From Perna viridis (taxonomy: Eukaryota), in NCBI GenBank assembly GCA_037379345.1, contig CM074524.1, positions 6,855,635 through 6,919,634 of the forward strand: a stretch of 64,000 bases of DNA. The letters run 5' to 3'. Under the pieces are notes generated by a model. That model ran no database searches. It saw only the letters and a list, made by a program, of their open reading frames with translations, and was not told the DNA's origin. This document shows, piece after piece, positions 63,181 through 64,000 of the stretch. Both the position numbers and the translations under genes were made by a program. How positions within the stretch are numbered: the stretch's first letter is position 1; each line of letters starts with the position of its first letter.

Positions 63181-63942
63181 CAAAGAACATAGAGTAACTA
63201 AAATCATATATACAAACTAACAAGAGCAAATGAGGAGATGATAAAATTATGACGTTTAACTATTTCCAAACTACACAATGTTTGGTAATAATACAACGAA
63301 AATTCAAACAAGGAAATATCATGTTGATGTGCCGGTAAGTCGCAAACTGAATCTGTCTTCTGTTTTCAGGTAGACCGTACCTTTTACACTGAGCGTTCCA
63401 TTCCGTCATTTTACAAAATCATACAGACATATATATTTTCTATGCTCTAATAATGTTTAAAATGGTGTAAAACATTATGTCTAAATCATTTAAAAAAAAA
63501 TTACGTAAACAGTTGTTTAGCAAAATTACAAACATTAATTGTATAAAGCCTCTTTTTAGGGAAAATAATTTGCAGGAAAGTGTTTCACAGAAATGTATTG
63601 GGAATTTTAGTTCTTACTTTAATATTACAAGAGAAAGAGTTCGGCGACCCCCAATTTTCTTCAAGAAATAATGCCAGTTAATCATTCTTTATATAAATGA
63701 AGAAATTCTATCTACCACCTTTTTGATAGTTTGCGAAATAGTGAAATACCCCCCCCCCTCCCCACAGAATCCATATTGAAACTGCCGTTATTAAGGCTCA
63801 ATTATTTCGAAACCAAATTCGGTGCCATGTGCCAATTTCATGTAATATCTTTAAAGTGTTTTCCTCAAAAGTTCAACTTAAGACTAGAGCTGCATCTGAA
63901 TAAGAAATAAAGGGAGTTTTTGATCCTACATATTTGATTTTA

Positions 63943-63986
63943 ATGCTGCTGATGAGAGGTTACTCCATGAAACACGTGTACAGCAT
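63943..63986 (+). ncRNA. Minimal type I hammerhead ribozyme motif
   Basis: ATGCTG-CTGATGA-GAGGTTACTCCAT-GAAA-C-ACGT-G-TA-CAGCAT: perfect 6-bp stem I, full core, palindromic stem III, GUA cleavage triplet. Confidence 0.7.
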
Positions 63987-64000
63987 ATCGAAATTAACAA

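Noticed and set aside
60336-63220. Similar small ORFs (MLPV..., [16 protein letters not shown]...), also at 36521-36727
   Set aside because: They fall in the repeated retroelement 3' UTR, and the frames are not conserved between copies

Overview
AT-rich, intron-rich animal genomic DNA; the repeat content suggests a bivalve mollusc such as an oyster (inference). Two minus-strand genes were rebuilt by hand from GT-AG junctions and reading phase. (1) The 5' part of an SMCHD1 orthologue: 31 coding exons from ATG at 40725 to 101, about 1331 codons, with an intact GHKL ATPase; the gene runs off the left edge before any hinge domain. (2) A complete RPS8 gene: 6 exons, 210 aa, with a TCT/TOP-type start. 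RPS8 introns 2-5 carry 12 box C/D snoRNA copies in three families (SNORD29-, SNORD51- and SNORD46-like), up to four per intron, which departs from the usual animal one-per-intron layout. Five SMCHD1 exon-intron junctions are tandemly amplified into arrays of decoy splice sites. Intron 23 holds a degenerate CR1/L2-type LINE nested in a MITE; it has a 2A-like DVECNPGP motif, a PHD finger and a six-fold duplicated endonuclease motif. The right end has Penelope-like retroelement fragments and two related minimal hammerhead-ribozyme motifs. SINEs, MITEs and Helentron-like satellite carriers fill the rest. Family names come from recalled reference sequences, not from database searches.
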